DNA of 52,705 bases, from NCBI GenBank assembly GCA_030637885.1, contig DAOWFS010000099.1:1-52705 (forward strand), read 5' to 3'. The notes under the pieces were generated by a model. That model was not told the DNA's origin, did not search any database, and saw only the letters and a program-made list of their open reading frames with translations. Shown in pieces: positions 48,924-52,705 of the stretch (position 1 is its first letter; each line of letters starts with the position of its first letter). The DNA is from Desulfobacterales bacterium (lineage in GTDB: Bacteria > Desulfobacterota > Desulfobacteria > Desulfobacterales > Desulfobacteraceae). A program made the position numbers and the translations under genes.

Positions 48924-49005
48924 CAGCCATTCCTTTCCATATGCTTAAAATATAATTCTAATTCATTAAATTAAGTATTGAGTAACACTGTTTTTGTCAA
49001 GCACT

Positions 49006-49046
49006 AAAACGGCATTCCTTCTATCTTCCGATGAAAGAATGCCGTT
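49006..49046 (-). terminator. Intrinsic terminator of degQ
   Basis: 10-bp perfect stem AACGGCATTC/GAATGCCGTT, running into a short T tract on the minus strand. Confidence 0.7.
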
Positions 49047-49063
49047 CAGCAAAAGACCAATTA

Positions 49064-50482
49064 CTATGGTTTCTCAAAGCTCATAACAAAAACATGACTG
49101 TTGCCTCTTCTGAATAAAAGCTGAACTATGCTGCCTTTATTCAATTTTTCCAAATATTGCTCATATTCATCAGTAGTGACAACCTTATGACGGTTAACTT
49201 CCATTAACAGATCTCCATGACGAACATTTGTTTTTGAGGCCTGACTGCCGGATTCTATGTCAATAACGACAAGTCCCTTAATATCATCAGGATAGCCAAG
49301 TCTTCTGGCAATATCAGAATTCATCTGTTTTAATCTGAAACCGAACAAGTCATAGCCATTATCTGTATTGACCGTTTCCGGGTCCTGATCCGGTCTTTTC
49401 CCAAGTTTCACCTTTATCATTTTTTCTTTACCATCACGTATCAGCTTGACATTAATCTTTTCACCAACCGAAGAACCTGCAATAGTCAAAGTAAGATCCC
49501 TTGATGATTCTATTTTCTTATCATTGATCATAACGATAACATCCCCGACTTTAATACCTGCCTTATCTGCCGGATTTGTCTCATATACCTTGGCAACATA
49601 TACGCCTTTGGTCTCTTTGATTCCATAGTATTTTGCCAGTTGCTCCGTGACATTTTGAATGGCCACGCCCATCCAACCCCTGGAAACAGTTTTTTGTTCT
49701 ATCAATTGATCAATAACACCTGTTGCGAGATCCGAAGGTATGGCAAACCCGATGCCCTGCCCTGATCTGACAATTGCTGTATTGATACCAATGACTTGGC
49801 CATCAAGGTTTAACAAAGGCCCGCCTGAATTTCCAGGATTAATGGAAGCATCGGTCTGAATAAAATCGTCATAGGGTCCTGAGCCTATGATTCTTCCCTT
49901 TGCACTGACAATCCCTGCAGTCACTGTTTGCTCAAGTCCAAACGGGCTGCCGATGGCGACCACCCAGGATCCAACCTCGGTCTCAGATGAACTCCCAAAT
50001 TTTAAAGGCATCAGATTTTCTGCTTTAATTTTAATGAGTGCCAAGTCTGTCATCGGGTCAGTTCCTATGATACTTGCATCATATTCTTTTTTATCGTGTA
50101 ATATGACCTTGATTTTATCAGCATCTTTAATCACATGGTTATTGGTTACAATATATCCGTCTTTACTGATAATAAAACCGGAGCCAAGGCTGCTTTCTTT
50201 CCTGTTTTGGGGTGTTTGGTTGAAAAAAGGTGCAAAAAATTCATCAAAGGGATTTTGCTTCCCACCAAAGGGCTGACCAAAAAAATGTTTGTAAACTCTT
50301 CCTCCGCCTTTGATTACTTTTTCGGTCTGTATATTTACAACACCGGGTTTTGCCTGTTTGGCAAGGTTTGCAAAACTTACCGGTACCATTTCGGTATTTT
50401 TAAAATTCTTTTTTGCAAATGCCGGTGCTGTCATAAGGGCTACAACAATAATGATAAAAAATATTTTATTGATCTGTTTCAT
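49064..50482 (-). CDS. degQ: DegP/DegQ (HtrA) serine protease with two PDZ domains
   Basis: Signal peptide, SLGSGFII, TNNHV, TDLAL and QTDASINPGNSGGP. Confidence 0.93.
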   Translation of the reverse strand: MKQINKIFFIIIVVALMTAPAFAKKNFKNTEMVPVSFANLAKQAKPGVVNIQTEKVIKGGGRVYKHFFGQPFGGKQNPFDEFFAPFFNQTPQNRKESSLGSGFIISKDGYIVTNNHVIKDADKIKVILHDKKEYDASIIGTDPMTDLALIKIKAENLMPLKFGSSSETEVGSWVVAIGSPFGLEQTVTAGIVSAKGRIIGSGPYDDFIQTDASINPGNSGGPLLNLDGQVIGINTAIVRSGQGIGFAIPSDLATGVIDQLIEQKTVSRGWMGVAIQNVTEQLAKYYGIKETKGVYVAKVYETNPADKAGIKVGDVIVMINDKKIESSRDLTLTIAGSSVGEKINVKLIRDGKEKMIKVKLGKRPDQDPETVNTDNGYDLFGFRLKQMNSDIARRLGYPDDIKGLVVIDIESGSQASKTNVRHGDLLMEVNRHKVVTTDEYEQYLEKLNKGSIVQLLFRRGNSHVFVMSFEKP

Positions 50483-50530
50483 CTCAACCTCCCATAAGTT
50501 ATTAAAATCAATATTTGCTTACCGACTTTA

Positions 50531-50573
50531 ATAATAAACCATGAACATGACGATTAAATGACTTCAAAATTAC
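50531..50573 (-). promoter_or_regulatory. Triple GT(A/C)AT direct repeat (11-bp period) plus -10 TATTAT; probable OmpR/PhoB-family activated promoter of degQ
   Basis: Minus strand: GTAAT-N6-GTCAT-N6-GTCAT-N10-TATTAT. Confidence 0.6.
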
Positions 50574-51960
50574 TATATGGTAATGTAATAATAAAGGCAG
50601 CACCCTGGCCTTTTCTGCCTGACACAAAAATATCCCCATTGTGTTGCCGGACAATGGTTCTGGCAAGACTTAAACCTAAACCTGTGCCTGCACTTGTTCT
50701 TGATGACTCTGCTCTGTAGAATCGCTCAAATATTTTTTCAAAATATTCCGGTGGGATACCGATCCCTGTATCCTCTATTTTAATTATAATCTCATGATTT
50801 CTTAAAGCGACACTAACATTTATCTTCCCGTTTTCCGGCGTATATTTAATTGCATTGTCCAACAGATTGGAAAATGCCCTTTGAAGCATTCTGATGTCGG
50901 CAACTATAAATATATGTTCTTCAATTGTTATATAAAACCTGATATTTTTATCTTCTGCAAGAGGAGCAAAGAGATCACATGCCTCCTGGACCATTTTTGA
51001 AAGATCGGTCTTTTTAAACTTAAATTCACCCGCTCCTGCTTGGGCCCTTGAAATTACCAGCATTGTATTGATCATATCCAAAAGGCGATCTGATTCCTCA
51101 ATCGTATTGGAAGCCATGGTGCGATAATTTTCCAGGTTTTCCTCATGAATAAGTGCCAGTTCGGCAAACCCCCTGATTCTGGTAATCGGACTCTTTAAAT
51201 CATGGGCAATATTATCACTCATTTCCCTGATACTCTTTACAAGTTCTTCTATCCTGTCCAGCATTGAATTAAATGTTATTACAAGATGATCAAGCTCATC
51301 CTTGCTGCCGGTTCCCGCAACTCTTGCCTCAAGATTGCTGCCGGTAATATCCTGGGCTGTCTTGGTTATGGTATGCACCCCGGAAAGTGCTTTTCTTATA
51401 AGAAGCCAGCCCGACATTGCAGAAAAAATAACAATAAACCCCATGGCACTGATAAAAACTTTCTTAAAGGCTGATAAAAATTTAGAATGAAAATCCATTG
51501 CTATCCCGGTTTGTAAAATGGCATTTGTTGCAACATAACTATAAAGAATTCTAGCTTTTTGCCGTGTAGATGGAATTTGGATGGTTTCAAAAATACTATT
51601 TTTGTCCATGATAAGACTTCTTAAGGCATCTTTGCTTACCTGTACATGTTCCCAGTAAGACATATGAGAAGAGGCAAATACTTCTCCTGTCGGATATAGA
51701 AGCCTGAAAAAAATTACTTTTTCTCCTGCAGCCTGGGCTTCTACAACAGCAAGTTCTCTTGCACCCATTAATCCGTTTCTGTGAATAACGGCAGAAAATT
51801 TAGATGCATTGTCTAAAAGTTCCTGATCAATTTGGGTTTTAAGGGTTTGAGTGGCAAGAAAATAGAACAGAACAAAAGCAACGCCGGCACCAATGGTAAA
51901 AATTCCTGTGAACCAGATTGTTAATCTAAATGCTATGGTATTAAAAACTTTATAACTCAT
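50554..51960 (-). CDS. HAMP sensor histidine kinase (CusS/CpxA-like class)
   Basis: 2 TM, HAMP (DELDHL..TFNSML), IAHDLKSP, NLLDNAIKY and GTGLGL. Confidence 0.93.
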   Translation of the reverse strand: MSYKVFNTIAFRLTIWFTGIFTIGAGVAFVLFYFLATQTLKTQIDQELLDNASKFSAVIHRNGLMGARELAVVEAQAAGEKVIFFRLLYPTGEVFASSHMSYWEHVQVSKDALRSLIMDKNSIFETIQIPSTRQKARILYSYVATNAILQTGIAMDFHSKFLSAFKKVFISAMGFIVIFSAMSGWLLIRKALSGVHTITKTAQDITGSNLEARVAGTGSKDELDHLVITFNSMLDRIEELVKSIREMSDNIAHDLKSPITRIRGFAELALIHEENLENYRTMASNTIEESDRLLDMINTMLVISRAQAGAGEFKFKKTDLSKMVQEACDLFAPLAEDKNIRFYITIEEHIFIVADIRMLQRAFSNLLDNAIKYTPENGKINVSVALRNHEIIIKIEDTGIGIPPEYFEKIFERFYRAESSRTSAGTGLGLSLARTIVRQHNGDIFVSGRKGQGAAFIITLPYSNFEVI

Positions 51961-52596
51961 TGAACTTTCAGGACATAACCCGCACCCCGAACCGTATGAA
52001 TTAATTTAGGCTCAAAGCCTTTATCAATTTTATCTCTCAATCTGCAAATTCTTGCTTCAACAACATTGGTCATTGGATCAAAACTGTAATCCCATACATG
52101 TTCCATAATCATGGTTCGTGATACCACACGTTCCTTGTTGCGCAACAAATACTCCAGAAGAGAAAATTCAAGAGGCTGCAATACTATGATTTCGTTATTT
52201 CTTTTTACCTGGCGCTTCATTATATCAATGCTTAGATCCGCATATAAAAGATTTACGGGATCTATAATATTTCCTGCTCTCCTGATAAGAGCCTGTATCC
52301 TTGCAAGAAGCTCTGAAAAAGCAAAGGGCTTTGTCAGATAATCATCAGCACCGGCTTGAAGACCATTCACCCTGTCATCCACCCTGTCTCTTGCGCTTAA
52401 AATGATAATGGGGGTATTATTTTTTCTTTCCCTGATCTTTTTGATTAAAGATATACCATCCAGTTCAGGCAGCATGATATCCACAACCATAGTATCATAA
52501 GGCTCTTCAAAAACCATTTCAAAGCCCCGGGTTCCTGTCGCGGCATGATCAACTGCAAACCCTGAAGACTTAAGACCCCCTTGCATGAATTCTGCA
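51957..52596 (-). pseudogene. OmpR-family response regulator lacking its N-terminal acidic-pocket strand
   Basis: VDIMLP, GADDYLTKPF and TVRGAGY are present. The sequence before AEFMQ is unrelated to a receiver beta1 and has no ED/DD pair. Confidence 0.7.
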
Positions 52597-52641
52597 CCTA
52601 CTATCGCAACGGCGATAACCATGATACACAGAATATGGCTC

Positions 52642-52704
52642 TCAAAGGCCCTTAATTTCAAGTTCTGAAATAAGCCTGGAAAGATAGGTCCGCTGAATCT
52701 TGAG
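52642..52704 (-). CDS. C-terminal fragment of a Fis-type HTH (sigma54 activator-like), cut by the window edge
   Basis: Translates LKIQRTYLSRLISELEIKGL*, resembling the terminal Fis-type helix of NtrC-family activators. Confidence 0.55.
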   Translation of the reverse strand, partial: LKIQRTYLSRLISELEIKGL

Positions 52705-52705
52705 A

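Noticed and set aside
3225-52341. Many short ORFs antisense to or overlapping long conserved genes
   Set aside because: Expected shadow frames of well-supported genes, with no independent motifs.
1-52705. CRISPR array, rRNA or intact insertion sequence
   Set aside because: No regularly spaced repeats, rRNA-like segment or transposase ORF was seen.

Overview
AT-rich bacterial chromosome segment. Gene content and protein sequences suggest Desulfobacterota, probably Desulfobacteraceae-like (inference). Positions 1-~2255 are the end of an integrative element sitting at the 3' end of tmRNA (ssrA, 2256-2614, minus). That end carries a tyrosine integrase split by a one-base frameshift, an 11-bp-spaced direct repeat and a perfect IHF consensus site. 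The rest is mostly core genome: smpB, ptsI/ptsH, a LOG-family gene, parE/parC, mltF, two hybrid kinases, RNase E/G, yajC-secDF-cpoB-dprA-topA, efp, guaA, suhB, rbgA, prc, ppiC, an AsmA-like protein, recX, two PilZ proteins, an M16 peptidase, ppiD, tRNA-Ala(GGC), and a response regulator/kinase/degQ unit. The most striking feature is a 1290-aa protein that fuses a helical N-terminus, about 30 pentapeptide repeats (the Qnr/MfpA fold class) and an intact class I adenylate cyclase. It lies head-to-head, 105 bp apart, with a gammaproteobacterial-type topoisomerase IV operon, and next to EI/HPr and a LOG nucleotide hydrolase. Other items missing from the ORF track: a 52-aa four-cysteine microprotein, a decayed inverted-repeat element, a set of TTGAC-N17-TA promoters lacking the -7 T, a PhoB-like triple box before degQ, and a chimeric junction that removes the N-terminus of the last response regulator.
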